Positions 1 to 9,243 of a stretch of DNA of 64,000 nt are shown piece by piece. The notes under the pieces are model-generated. The model was given only the letters and a program-made list of their open reading frames with translations. It was not told where the DNA came from and did not search any database. The position numbers and the translations under genes are program-made. Origin of the DNA: Chthoniobacteraceae bacterium (GTDB taxonomy: Bacteria > Verrucomicrobiota > Verrucomicrobiia > Chthoniobacterales > Chthoniobacteraceae). Location of the stretch: positions 42,926 to 106,925 of the forward strand of contig JBEBGD010000006.1 in assembly GCA_040081625.1 (NCBI GenBank), read 5' to 3'. Each line of letters begins with the position of its first letter. Positions within the stretch are counted from its first letter, which is position 1.

Positions 1-659
1 ACGAGCGTGGCGAGCTGCCGATGTTTTTCGGCCCCGGCATCATGTTCATGTTTGCGCCGAATGAGATCTACGTTCACGGCATCCGCGTGCCCGCCGATGC
101 GAGCGATCCCGCCGAACTCACACGCGCCGAGATGCAAGGCCGCTCCGATGCGTGGGCGATGTTCGAGGCGTGGAAGCGCGACGTGCCCGGCTTCGAGGAC
201 TCGTATTTTCAAAGCGCCTCGCCCTTCATCGGCGTGCGCGAGACGCGCCGCATCGTCGGCCAGCACGTGCTCACCGAGGACGAGATCATGGCGACGAAAC
301 CCTTCGACGACGCGATCGCCACCGGCTGCTGGTATCTCGACGTGCATCCAAACAAGGTGACGCTGGGCAGCGCCAACGCCGTGCCCAAGCAGCAGCCCGC
401 GCCCTACGACATCCCCTATCGCTCGCTCGTGCCGAAAAATGTCAGCAACCTGCTCGTCGCCGGCCGCTGCCACTCGACCACGCGCCTCGCGCAGAGCAGC
501 ACGCGCGTAACCGTCACCGCGATGGCGCTGGGCGAAGCCGCCGCCGTCGCCGCCGCGCTATCCATCAAGGGAGGCGTGAGCCCGCAAAAGCTCGACGGCA
601 AAACCGTGCGCAAAGCATTGCGCAAACAAAATGCCGGTCCGATGCAAGACCTCGCGTAG
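1..659 (+). CDS. FAD-dependent oxidoreductase, C-terminal part (5' end probably outside the window)
   Basis: GVRETRRIVG, YDIPYRSLVPK..NLLVAGRC and MALGEAA motifs of the FAD_oxidored family. Confidence 0.85.
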   Translation, partial: ERGELPMFFGPGIMFMFAPNEIYVHGIRVPADASDPAELTRAEMQGRSDAWAMFEAWKRDVPGFEDSYFQSASPFIGVRETRRIVGQHVLTEDEIMATKPFDDAIATGCWYLDVHPNKVTLGSANAVPKQQPAPYDIPYRSLVPKNVSNLLVAGRCHSTTRLAQSSTRVTVTAMALGEAAAVAAALSIKGGVSPQKLDGKTVRKALRKQNAGPMQDLA

Positions 660-664
660 CGCGC

Positions 665-1462
665 TTACTGCGCCGCGCAGGCTTTGCGGATGAACTCCAC
701 GACCGGCGCCGGGTCGGGCAGGCCGTGGGGATGGTGCCCGCCGCCGGGCTTGGCGATGAGCGTGATCTCGCCGCCGAGCGCGCGATACCGCTCCGCGAGA
801 ACGAGCGTATTTTCATCCGACGGCACGGCGTCGTCCGCGTCGCCATAGACGTGGATGATAGGGATCTTCGCGGCGGCGATCGGCGCGAGGATGTCGATCG
901 GGCTGCCCTTCCACGCGAGCGCGGCGGCTTCGTCCGCGAGCCCGAAGACTTCCATCGCCAGCTTCCAGTCGCGCGGGCTGCCCTTGCCTTTGCCCTTGCC
1001 GCCGGGCCAGCTCTTGAGGTCGCACACGGGCGCGTCGCCGTAGATGCACGCGACCTTGTCCGGGTTCGCGGCGGCCCACGCGTAGCAGTAGAGCCCGCCG
1101 CGGCTCATGCCGAGCAGTGCCGCCTTTTTCGCGAAGCCGTATCTGCCGGTCAGCTCCGCGTAGAAGGCGTCCCAGTGCTTCATCGCCGACGGCGCGCCGA
1201 ATTTGTTTTGATCTTGCAGATACACGACGTGAAAACCGTGCCCGAGCAACGCGATGTCTGCATTCGGAAACGCGCCGAAAAACTCCCCGCGCCACAGCCA
1301 CGGTTTGCCAGGCGCGGCTTGCTTCGGCGCGACGACGATCACCGGCTTCGTGTCCACGGTGAAGTCGTAGCGGTCGTAGCCATTCCACGCGGTTTTCTTT
1401 CCGGGGAAGTCGTCGGCGTGAGCGGTGAGGGCGAGCGCGAGGAGCAGGAGCGGGCGGGTCAT
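665..1462 (-). CDS. Secreted alpha/beta hydrolase
   Basis: Signal peptide MTRPLLLLALALTAHA; GMSRGG nucleophile elbow, GDADDAVP and GHHPHG. Start placed at ATG 1462 inside the longer ORF. Confidence 0.85.
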   Translation of the reverse strand: MTRPLLLLALALTAHADDFPGKKTAWNGYDRYDFTVDTKPVIVVAPKQAAPGKPWLWRGEFFGAFPNADIALLGHGFHVVYLQDQNKFGAPSAMKHWDAFYAELTGRYGFAKKAALLGMSRGGLYCYAWAAANPDKVACIYGDAPVCDLKSWPGGKGKGKGSPRDWKLAMEVFGLADEAAALAWKGSPIDILAPIAAAKIPIIHVYGDADDAVPSDENTLVLAERYRALGGEITLIAKPGGGHHPHGLPDPAPVVEFIRKACAAQ

Positions 1463-1500
1463 GCCGCGAGCGAAGCACGGCGGCGCCGTGCGCGACAAGC

Positions 1501-2814
1501 TCAGCGTTCCAGCCGCACCGCGCGCACGCGCACGGAGTCGCCCGCGCCTCCGGGTGGATCGAGGCGCAGGCTCGTGATCGCGCCGCGCCAGCCGGGAGCA
1601 TCCGCGAGCGGCACGCGCACCTCGCGGAATTCGCCGTCGCCATTCACCGCGAAGCTCAGCGAGCGGTCGGGCGAGGTCGCATCGTCGGCGAGCGTGGTCC
1701 AGAAGACGTGCGCCGTTTTCCCCGCGGAGCGGAAGGCGGCGTCGATCACGAGCACGCCCGCGTCTTCCGCACGGCAGTGAAAGGAGGGGCTGCGGAGCTG
1801 CGGGTCGTCGCCGGTGAAATGGATGGCGAGTTCGCCCGCGATCGGCCAGCCGGCATCGGCGGCGTGCGCGTAGTGCCAGCCCTGCCGGTCCGCCGCGAAG
1901 CGCCACGCGGGCAGTCCGCGCGACCGCCGCGCGAGCACATGCGCGCGGATTTCCTCCACGGTGCCGAGCACCAGCTCGTAGCGGTATTCGTGGACGATAT
2001 CGTGGTCGAGCACCTCGAGCCGCAGCGGCGCGAGGTAGCCGCACGGCGCGTCCTTCGCCCCGCCCGCGCCGGCCTTCCCGCTGAAGCCGCCGGTGAATCG
2101 CACGCAGTCGGGATTCCACACGCCGAGGCCCCAGCCTGCGTCGTTCACGAGCGCGGACCAGCCTTCCGGCGCGATCCATCGCGTCCACTCCGGCGGGCCT
2201 TTCGGCTCGATCGCGCCCGTGCTCGTGACGATGCGGTGAAAGGGCGCATTCGTATAAACCGCGGGCAGCTCCTGCCCGCGCGCGGGATACTGCGTGCGGT
2301 CGGCGCGCGCATTTGTGAGCCGGCACCGCGCGCGCACCGCGGCGCCGTCGAGTTCGAGCCAGCTCTCGAAGGTGCAGTCGCCCGGCACGTCGTCGAGCGG
2401 CCACTGCATGGGGATGCACTTCACGTGGATCGTGCGCCCATCATTGCGATGCTCGAGCACCCGCGAGCCGTGGCCGAAGTCGTCGCCCGCTTGGATCGGA
2501 TTCCACCCGAGCCCTTCCCAGTATTTCGCGGGCCGCTTGTCGCCGACGATGAAAGGGATCGGCCCGGAGTAATAAGACATCTGCACCTGCCGCCCCCAAT
2601 CGTGGCTGTTGATCACGTTTTCCCCGCTGCCCGAAAGCGAGAGCCACGTGATGGCGCCGCCGAGCGCGAGGTCCGCGCCGAGGCGGATCGTGCCGTTGTC
2701 GAGCCAGCTCATCTCCGGCACGTGCGGGCGCGGCGCGGCGACGACCGGCGCGAGTGCGGGAGCGATCGAGAGGAGAACGACCGCAGCTCCGAAAGGACGG
2801 AGCGCGCTGCTCAC
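1501..2814 (-). CDS. Secreted hypothetical protein, possibly carbohydrate-active with a C-terminal CBM-like domain
   Basis: Signal-peptide-like N-terminus; Trp-rich; ends WRGAITSLRLDP; overlaps the stop of the upstream gene by 4 bp. Confidence 0.6.
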   Translation of the reverse strand: MSSALRPFGAAVVLLSIAPALAPVVAAPRPHVPEMSWLDNGTIRLGADLALGGAITWLSLSGSGENVINSHDWGRQVQMSYYSGPIPFIVGDKRPAKYWEGLGWNPIQAGDDFGHGSRVLEHRNDGRTIHVKCIPMQWPLDDVPGDCTFESWLELDGAAVRARCRLTNARADRTQYPARGQELPAVYTNAPFHRIVTSTGAIEPKGPPEWTRWIAPEGWSALVNDAGWGLGVWNPDCVRFTGGFSGKAGAGGAKDAPCGYLAPLRLEVLDHDIVHEYRYELVLGTVEEIRAHVLARRSRGLPAWRFAADRQGWHYAHAADAGWPIAGELAIHFTGDDPQLRSPSFHCRAEDAGVLVIDAAFRSAGKTAHVFWTTLADDATSPDRSLSFAVNGDGEFREVRVPLADAPGWRGAITSLRLDPPGGAGDSVRVRAVRLER

Positions 2815-4142
2815 TTCGCCGGCACGAGCTTCATCACGACGCCGGTCGCGCCGTCCGGGCCGGGCACCGTGCTGCCCGTCACATACAGCTCGCCGCTCGC
2901 GTCCTGGCCGAAGCCTTTCGCGAGGAAGCCGAGCGGGCGGTCGTCGGCGCCGATCTTAAACTCGTGGATGCTCCCGGTCGCGATGCTGCCGTAGAACAGG
3001 CGCCCGGTCGGCGTCTTCTCCGGCGTGCGGTAGTCTGCGAAAACATAGAGGCCCGTGAGCGCCGGGAGCGCCTTGCCGCGATAGACGTAGCCGCCGGTGA
3101 TCGAAGTGCCGTCGTTGTGATCGTATTGCAGCACCGGGTCGCTGAGCCCCGGCGGGAGATCGGGGCCGGGCAGCTCGATCAAGCCGGTCGGATGAAAACG
3201 GAACGTGCCCTCCTTCAACCGCCAGCCGTAATTCCCGCCGCGCTCGACGCGATGCACCATCTCGATTTTGTTTTGCCCGACATCCGCCGCGAGCAGCGTC
3301 GGACCATCGAAGCAAAACCGCCACGGATTGCGCAGGCCGATCGCGTAAATCTCCCGCGCACCGCCGCCCTGCGCGAACGGATTGTCCTTCGGGATGCCGT
3401 AGTTCTTGTTGGCGGAATCGGTCCCGTTCACGTCGATGCGCAGCATTTTCCCGAGCAGGACGTTCCGGTCCTGGCCGTTGCCGGTCTCGGGATTGTGCCC
3501 CGGCCCCACATCGAGCGCGCTGCCGCCATCGCCCATGCCGATGTAGAGAAATCCGTCCGGCCCGAACTCGATCATGCCGCCGTTGTGATTGAACTGCGGC
3601 TGGTCGATGCGCAGCAATTCGCGCCGCGACGCTGGATCGACGCGCCGGCCATCGGCGGCGACCTTCCACGACGCGAGCACGCTTTGATGATCCGCTGGCG
3701 TGGTGCCGTGGACGATCGGGAAATCGGTGCGCCCGGCCAGCGGCTCGCTCGTGTAGGTGAAGACGCGTCGATGCCCCGGACGGCCCGCGGTTTTGTAATC
3801 CGGATCGAACGCCAGCCCGAGCAGCCCGCGCTCGTCGAACTGCTTCTTCAACGTCGCCAGTCGCCCGCTCACATCGAGCCACGGCTCGGCTGCGAGCGTG
3901 CCGGCATCGATCACGCGCACGAGGCCGACTTGATCGACGACCAGAAGCCGCTGCGTCTCTCCCGGGACCGCGACGAGCAAAACCGGCGAGACCAATCCCT
4001 GCGCCACTGGCTGCAGCTCGACGGTGATCCCGCCTTTCGGGATGCGCTCTGGAATGGGGTCATCGATGGGCTTCACCTGCGCGGCCAGCGGAACGGACGC
4101 GGCGATGAGAAGCACGGCGGGCGGGAGGATTCGCGAGAACAT
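2811..4142 (-). CDS. PQQ-dependent glucose/sorbosone dehydrogenase family protein
   Basis: ERGLLGLAFDP, NHNGGMIEFGPDGFLYIGMGDGG, GLRNPWRF; signal peptide. Confidence 0.9.
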   Translation of the reverse strand: MFSRILPPAVLLIAASVPLAAQVKPIDDPIPERIPKGGITVELQPVAQGLVSPVLLVAVPGETQRLLVVDQVGLVRVIDAGTLAAEPWLDVSGRLATLKKQFDERGLLGLAFDPDYKTAGRPGHRRVFTYTSEPLAGRTDFPIVHGTTPADHQSVLASWKVAADGRRVDPASRRELLRIDQPQFNHNGGMIEFGPDGFLYIGMGDGGSALDVGPGHNPETGNGQDRNVLLGKMLRIDVNGTDSANKNYGIPKDNPFAQGGGAREIYAIGLRNPWRFCFDGPTLLAADVGQNKIEMVHRVERGGNYGWRLKEGTFRFHPTGLIELPGPDLPPGLSDPVLQYDHNDGTSITGGYVYRGKALPALTGLYVFADYRTPEKTPTGRLFYGSIATGSIHEFKIGADDRPLGFLAKGFGQDASGELYVTGSTVPGPDGATGVVMKLVPAK

Positions 4143-4209
4143 GCCGCAGAGAAAGATGGTGCTGCTCTCCGGGGCAAGTGCGATCGCGCGGGCTCAATCC
4201 GACGAGCGG

Positions 4210-5037
4210 TCAGGCGATGCCGTAGAAGCGCGCCGCGTTTCCGCCGAAGAGCGCTGCTTGCTGCGCGGGATCAAGGTGCGCCGCGTAGTCGTGCACGAGG
4301 CCGAAGGTCTCCGGATAGCTGCCCGAGAGCAGGCACACGGGCCAGTCGCTGCCGAACATCAACCGCTCGACTCCGAACGCCTCGAGCACCACGTCGAGAT
4401 ACGGGCGGAAATCCTCCGCGCGCCACGCGCCATGCCGCGCCTCGGTCACCATGCCGCTGACTTTGCACATCACGTTCGGCGATTTCGCCAGCTCGCGGAT
4501 CTGCGCCGCCCACGGCTCGACCGTGCCGTCCTTGATGAGCGGCTTTGCGATGTGATCGAGCACGAAGGGCTGCTCGGGAAAACGCCGCGCCAGCTCGATC
4601 GCGGCAGGGAGTTGCTTCGGAAAAATCAGGATGTCGTAGGCCAGGCCGAACGCCTTCAACTTCCCGATGCCGCGCAGGAAATCCGCGCCGAGCATGAACT
4701 GATCGTCCGGCTCATCCTGCACGACATGGCGCACGCCGCGGAACTTCGCGTGCGGCGCGAACTCCGCGAGCTGCTCCTCCACGCGCTCGCTGCGCAAGTC
4801 CACCCAGCCCACGACGCCGCGGATGATCGGCGCGTGATCCGCGAGCGTGAGCAGCCAGCGCGATTCCTCGACCGTCTGCCGCGCCTGCACGGCGATGCAG
4901 CCATCGAGCCCCGCGGCGGCGAGCAGCGGCGCGAGATCGTCCGGCAGCCAGTCGCGGTGCAGCGGCGAGCCTTGCGGGATCCACGGATATTGCGCGGCGT
5001 CGTAGCTCCAGAAGTGCTGGTGTGAGTCGAGGCGCAT
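4210..5037 (-). CDS. Amidohydrolase_2 family sugar lactonase (L-fuconolactonase-like)
   Basis: DSHQHFW, VLDHIAKP, CKVSG, RLMFGSDWPVC. Confidence 0.88.
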   Translation of the reverse strand: MRLDSHQHFWSYDAAQYPWIPQGSPLHRDWLPDDLAPLLAAAGLDGCIAVQARQTVEESRWLLTLADHAPIIRGVVGWVDLRSERVEEQLAEFAPHAKFRGVRHVVQDEPDDQFMLGADFLRGIGKLKAFGLAYDILIFPKQLPAAIELARRFPEQPFVLDHIAKPLIKDGTVEPWAAQIRELAKSPNVMCKVSGMVTEARHGAWRAEDFRPYLDVVLEAFGVERLMFGSDWPVCLLSGSYPETFGLVHDYAAHLDPAQQAALFGGNAARFYGIA

Positions 5038-5040
5038 GGC

Positions 5041-6063
5041 TCAGGAGACGGCGACGACGGCCTTGATCACACGCGACTCGGGCTTCAGCCACGTCGGGAA
5101 GGCGTCGATCATTTCATCGAAGCTCGCGCGGTGCGTGATCCACGGGCGCGTGTCGATCCTGCCGTCCTCGATCAGCTTGATGATGCGCGTGAAGTCGGGC
5201 GGGAGCGCGTTGCGGCTGGCGAGCAGCGTGAGCTCGCGGCGGTGCATGATCGGCGCGTGCGGGAAGGTGAGGTCGGACTGCGTGATGCCGACATAGACGA
5301 CGCGACCGGAGAACGCGGCGAGGTTGAAGCACGCGGTCATCGACTTGTTCGAGCCGGTGGCATCGACGATCACGTCGGCCATCGCGCTGCCGGTTTGCTC
5401 GCGCAATTTCTCCAGCTCGGTGCCGTCGGCGAGCAGCGTGTCGGGCACGCCCATCGTGTCGCGGACGAAGGCGAGGCGTTGCTCGTTGATGTCGAGCACG
5501 AAGGTGCGCGCGCCGCTGAGCTTCGCGAACTCGATGACGCTCAACCCGATCGGGCCGGCGCCGATGACGAGCACGTTTTCGCCGGGTTGCGGGTTGCCGC
5601 GGTTCACGGCGTGGCAGCCGATGGCGAGCGTCTCGACGAGCGCGCATTGCTCGGGGGTGAGCGCGTTGGCGGGGTGGAGTTTTTCGGCGCGGATGAGGAT
5701 GCGCTCGGTCATGCCGCCGTCGGACATCACGCCGATGACCTTGAGCTGCTCGCAGCAATTCGTCGCGCCCTTGCGGCACGGATGGCACTGGCCGCAATTC
5801 ATGTAGGGCTCGACCGAGCAGCGGTCGCCGACCTTCACGTTGCGCACGCCATCGCCGATCGCGAGCACTTCGACGCCGAGCTCGTGACCGGGGATGCGCG
5901 GGTAGGAAAAGAACGGCATCTTGCCGAGGTAACCGGAGTAGTCGGTGCCGCAGATGCCGATGCGGTCGATGCGCACGAGCGCCTGGCCGGCGCCGGGTGC
6001 GGCGGGTTCGGGGATGTCGATGCGGCGGAAGGTCTGCGGTTGATCGAGCGAAATGGCTTTCAT
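5041..6063 (-). CDS. Zinc-dependent alcohol dehydrogenase (sugar-acid dehydrogenase-like)
   Basis: GICGTD, GHE, CGQCHPC..C zinc site, GAGPIG. Confidence 0.9.
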   Translation of the reverse strand: MKAISLDQPQTFRRIDIPEPAAPGAGQALVRIDRIGICGTDYSGYLGKMPFFSYPRIPGHELGVEVLAIGDGVRNVKVGDRCSVEPYMNCGQCHPCRKGATNCCEQLKVIGVMSDGGMTERILIRAEKLHPANALTPEQCALVETLAIGCHAVNRGNPQPGENVLVIGAGPIGLSVIEFAKLSGARTFVLDINEQRLAFVRDTMGVPDTLLADGTELEKLREQTGSAMADVIVDATGSNKSMTACFNLAAFSGRVVYVGITQSDLTFPHAPIMHRRELTLLASRNALPPDFTRIIKLIEDGRIDTRPWITHRASFDEMIDAFPTWLKPESRVIKAVVAVS

Positions 6064-6141
6064 CGGAGGGCGCGCATGGTGAATGAAATTGACGCGGCGC
6101 AAAGCGTTTCGTTTCTCGCCCCGTCAACTACGTCACATGCA

Positions 6142-7230
6142 ATGCGCCTCTCCTTCTTCTGCTTCTTCCTCAGCTTCATCGCCGCTGCTCCCGCCGAAAT
6201 GAAACGCTCACTCTGCTGCAAGACGCCCGAGGGTGAGCCCGTCGAGATCTTCACGCTCACGAACGCACACGGGTTGCGCGCGCGGGTGCTCTCATGGGGC
6301 GCGACGCTCAGCGAGATGAGCGTGCCCGATCGCGCCGGGAAGCTCGCGGACGTGACGCTCGGCTTCGACGAACCGGAGCGCTATCTCCAGCCGCATCCGG
6401 CCTTCGGCATCATCGCCGGTCGCTTCGCGAACCGGATCGCGCTCGGAAAGTTCGCGCTCGACGGCCGCACTTACCAGCTCGCGACGAACAACGGCCCGAA
6501 TCATCTCCACGGCGGAATGCGCGGCTTCGACAAATACGTCTGGCGCGCGGAGCCCGTGGGCACGAGCGCGGTGCGGTTCACGCATGTGAGCGCCGACGGC
6601 GACGAAGGCTACCCTGGCAAGCTCACGGTGAGCGTCACCTACACGCTCACGGAGGCCGATGAACTGCGGCTCGACTACACGGCGACGACGAATGCGCCGA
6701 CGGTGCTCAACCTCACCAACCACGCCTACTGGAACCTCGGCGACAGCGCGGACGTGCTCGCTCACACGCTGCTGTTGAATGCGTCGCGCTACACGGTCGT
6801 CGATGCGAGCAGCATCCCGACCGGCGAGCTGCGCGCGGTCGCGGGCACGCCGATGAATTTCACGAAGGCCAAGCCGATCGGTCGCGACATCGCCGCGCTC
6901 AAGGACGCGCCCGGCGGCGGATTCGATCACAACTGGGTCATCGACTCGCCGCGCCCCGGCGGCTTCGCGCTCGCGGCGGAGGCGCATGATCCGGCCTCGG
7001 GCCGCGTGATGCGCGTGTCCACCGATCAGCCCGGCGTGCAGTTCTACACCGGCAACTATCTCAAGTCCGTCGCCGGTCGCTCCGGCCGCATCTACGAAAA
7101 GCACGCGGGCTTCTGCCTCGAGACGCAACACTTCCCCGACTCGCCGAATCAGCCCGCGTTCCCGAGCACGGTGCTTCGGCCGGGGCAGACTTTCCGCAGC
7201 ACGACCGTGCACGCGTTCAGCGTGCGGTAG
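6142..7230 (+). CDS. galM: Aldose 1-epimerase (galactose mutarotase) with signal peptide
   Basis: GRFANRI, NHLHGG, NLTNHAYWNL, QFYTGN, FCLETQHFPDSPN. Confidence 0.92.
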   Translation: MRLSFFCFFLSFIAAAPAEMKRSLCCKTPEGEPVEIFTLTNAHGLRARVLSWGATLSEMSVPDRAGKLADVTLGFDEPERYLQPHPAFGIIAGRFANRIALGKFALDGRTYQLATNNGPNHLHGGMRGFDKYVWRAEPVGTSAVRFTHVSADGDEGYPGKLTVSVTYTLTEADELRLDYTATTNAPTVLNLTNHAYWNLGDSADVLAHTLLLNASRYTVVDASSIPTGELRAVAGTPMNFTKAKPIGRDIAALKDAPGGGFDHNWVIDSPRPGGFALAAEAHDPASGRVMRVSTDQPGVQFYTGNYLKSVAGRSGRIYEKHAGFCLETQHFPDSPNQPAFPSTVLRPGQTFRSTTVHAFSVR

Positions 7231-7233
7231 GGA

Positions 7234-7512
7234 TCAGCCGCGCGAGCGGACCTTTTCCTTCTTCTCCTCGGCGTCCTCGGTCAGCCGCCGGATGTCGATG
7301 GTGAGCTGCTTCTCGAGTTGCTCCGCCTCCTCGTCCTTTCCGTCAAAGCGCGCCTTGGCGATCTGGTCGCGCAGGAAGACTTCGCGCTCGGCGATCTTGG
7401 CTTTGAGCTGCGAGTCGATCTCGGCGATCTCGGCCTTCTGCTTCGCGGTCATCTTGTGAGTCGGCGACGCTTTCTCGAGGCGCTCCATGGCGAGTTCGTA
7501 GGCTGATTTCAT
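7234..7512 (-). CDS. Small helical hypothetical protein (92 aa)
   Basis: MKSAYELAMERL start; charged coiled-coil composition. Confidence 0.75.
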   Translation of the reverse strand: MKSAYELAMERLEKASPTHKMTAKQKAEIAEIDSQLKAKIAEREVFLRDQIAKARFDGKDEEAEQLEKQLTIDIRRLTEDAEEKKEKVRSRG

Positions 7513-7614
7513 GCGCGCACCATGCAGCGCGATGGCCGCGTTGCCAAGTTTCCGAACGAACTGAAAAGATAAATCTCGCCTCGGGGTTATCCGCGGTGAC
7601 GAATCCCGCCCGAC

Positions 7615-9114
7615 ATGTTCCGCCCCATTCTTTGCATCGCCTTTTGCATCCTCACGACTCTCGCGCACGCGGGAGTGAAAGCCGGCTTCGCCGAGCGCGA
7701 CATCACGCCGGACGTCGGCATGGAGGTGCCCGGCGGTTACGGGAAGTCGTTCTCGAAACGCATCCACGACCCGTGCAAAGCGCGGGCGTGCGTGTTCGAC
7801 GATGGGAAGAAAACGGTCGCGCTGGTCGGCCTCGATGCGCTCGTCGTGCCGAGGTCGCTCGTGCTCGAAGCGCGCGCGTTGATCCAGAAACGTTGCGGCA
7901 TCGCGCCGGAAGCGGTGATGATCGGCGCGTCGCACTCGCACTCGTCGGGGCCGGTGGGGATGGTGCTGCCGGGCGAGTTCGATCACGCGTCGGACCTCGT
8001 GAAGGATCTCGCTTACAACAAGTCGTCGATGGCCGACGCGGGCTACCTCGCGAAGGTGCGCGACGCGATCGTCGAGGCTGTCGTCGCCGCGCACGAGTCG
8101 CGCGCGGAAGGCACGGCGAGCTTCGGCAGCGGGCGCGAGGAGACGGTCGCGTTCAATCGCCGCCTGCGCATGAAGAACGGGCTGGCCGCTTCACATCCGG
8201 GGCAGGGGAATCCGGACATCGTTGATTTCGCCGGGCCGGTCGATCCGGAGGTTGGCGTGATCGGTTATTGGAATCCCGAGGGCAAGCTCGTCGGCTGCGT
8301 CGTGAACTTCTCCTGCCACGCGACCGCGAGCGGGCCGTGGATTTCCGCGAACTGGATCTATTACATGGAGCGCGCGATCCAGGGCTTCTACCCGGACGCG
8401 AAGGTCGTCTTCCTCGCCGGCGCGTGCGGCGACGTGACGCAGGTGAACAATCTCGATCCGCACGCGCGACCCGAGAGCGATGCGTGGTCGCAGCTCGTCG
8501 GCGGGCGCGTCGGTGCCGAGGCGGTGAAGGTGCTCGTCGGCATGTCGCAGACGCGCGTGAGCGAAGTGCCGGTCGATGTGCGCACGAAGCTCTGGAGCAT
8601 CCCGCGTCGCAAGCCGTCGCCCGATCGGTTGAAGGCGGCGTTCGAGCTCGTCGTGAAGGATCCGAAGACCGCCGGGCCCGACTGGGTGTGGGCGAAGGAG
8701 ACGGTGATGCTCGACGCGCTCATCGCGAAATGGCCGAAGGTCGAAGTTGAGGGGCAGGCGATCCAGATCGGGCCGGTCGTGTGCCTGTCGAGTCCCGCCG
8801 AGTATTTCTGCCAATACGGGCTCGATTGGAAAAAGGGCAGCGGCTTCCCGATGACATTCCCGGTCGAGCTCTCGAACGGCATCGTCGGCTACGTGCCGAC
8901 GCTCGAAGCGTTCGACCTCAAGACCGGCGGCGGCTACGAGACGCGGCTCACCGCTTACAGCAATCTCGAGATCACCGCCGGCGACCAGATCCGCGACGTG
9001 GGTCTCGACCTTGCGCGCCAGCTCAAGCCCGCGCCGCTCCCGCAACGCCCGCTCGCCCCGCCGTTCAAGGGCGACGGCTGGCTCTACGGCAACCAACCTC
9101 CGCAACGCGAATGA
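7615..9114 (+). CDS. Neutral/alkaline ceramidase-like secreted hydrolase
   Basis: DITP, HDPCKAR, ASHSHSSGP, NFSCHAT, GACGDV, GYVPT..GGYET. Confidence 0.8.
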   Translation: MFRPILCIAFCILTTLAHAGVKAGFAERDITPDVGMEVPGGYGKSFSKRIHDPCKARACVFDDGKKTVALVGLDALVVPRSLVLEARALIQKRCGIAPEAVMIGASHSHSSGPVGMVLPGEFDHASDLVKDLAYNKSSMADAGYLAKVRDAIVEAVVAAHESRAEGTASFGSGREETVAFNRRLRMKNGLAASHPGQGNPDIVDFAGPVDPEVGVIGYWNPEGKLVGCVVNFSCHATASGPWISANWIYYMERAIQGFYPDAKVVFLAGACGDVTQVNNLDPHARPESDAWSQLVGGRVGAEAVKVLVGMSQTRVSEVPVDVRTKLWSIPRRKPSPDRLKAAFELVVKDPKTAGPDWVWAKETVMLDALIAKWPKVEVEGQAIQIGPVVCLSSPAEYFCQYGLDWKKGSGFPMTFPVELSNGIVGYVPTLEAFDLKTGGGYETRLTAYSNLEITAGDQIRDVGLDLARQLKPAPLPQRPLAPPFKGDGWLYGNQPPQRE

Positions 9115-9130
9115 AGGCGCTGATGTTGGG

Positions 9131-9243
9131 GACAGGATTGACAGGATTTTCAGGATTACAGGATTTCGCTGTCTCCCGGTTCATGCGCCCATCGAAACTC
9201 GCGACGTAATCCCGTTAATCTTGTGAATCCTGTCAATCCTGTC
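9131..9243. repeat. Inverted array of 9-bp units (GACAGGATT / AATCCTGTC)
   Basis: Four units at 9131-9166 and four inverted units at 9208-9243; the outer 18 bp form a perfect inverted repeat. Confidence 0.85.

Noticed and set aside
5131..6141. N-terminal extension fusing an unknown domain to galM (699-aa ORF)
   Set aside because: The extension is antisense to the zinc dehydrogenase; a signal-peptide start at 6142 is more plausible.
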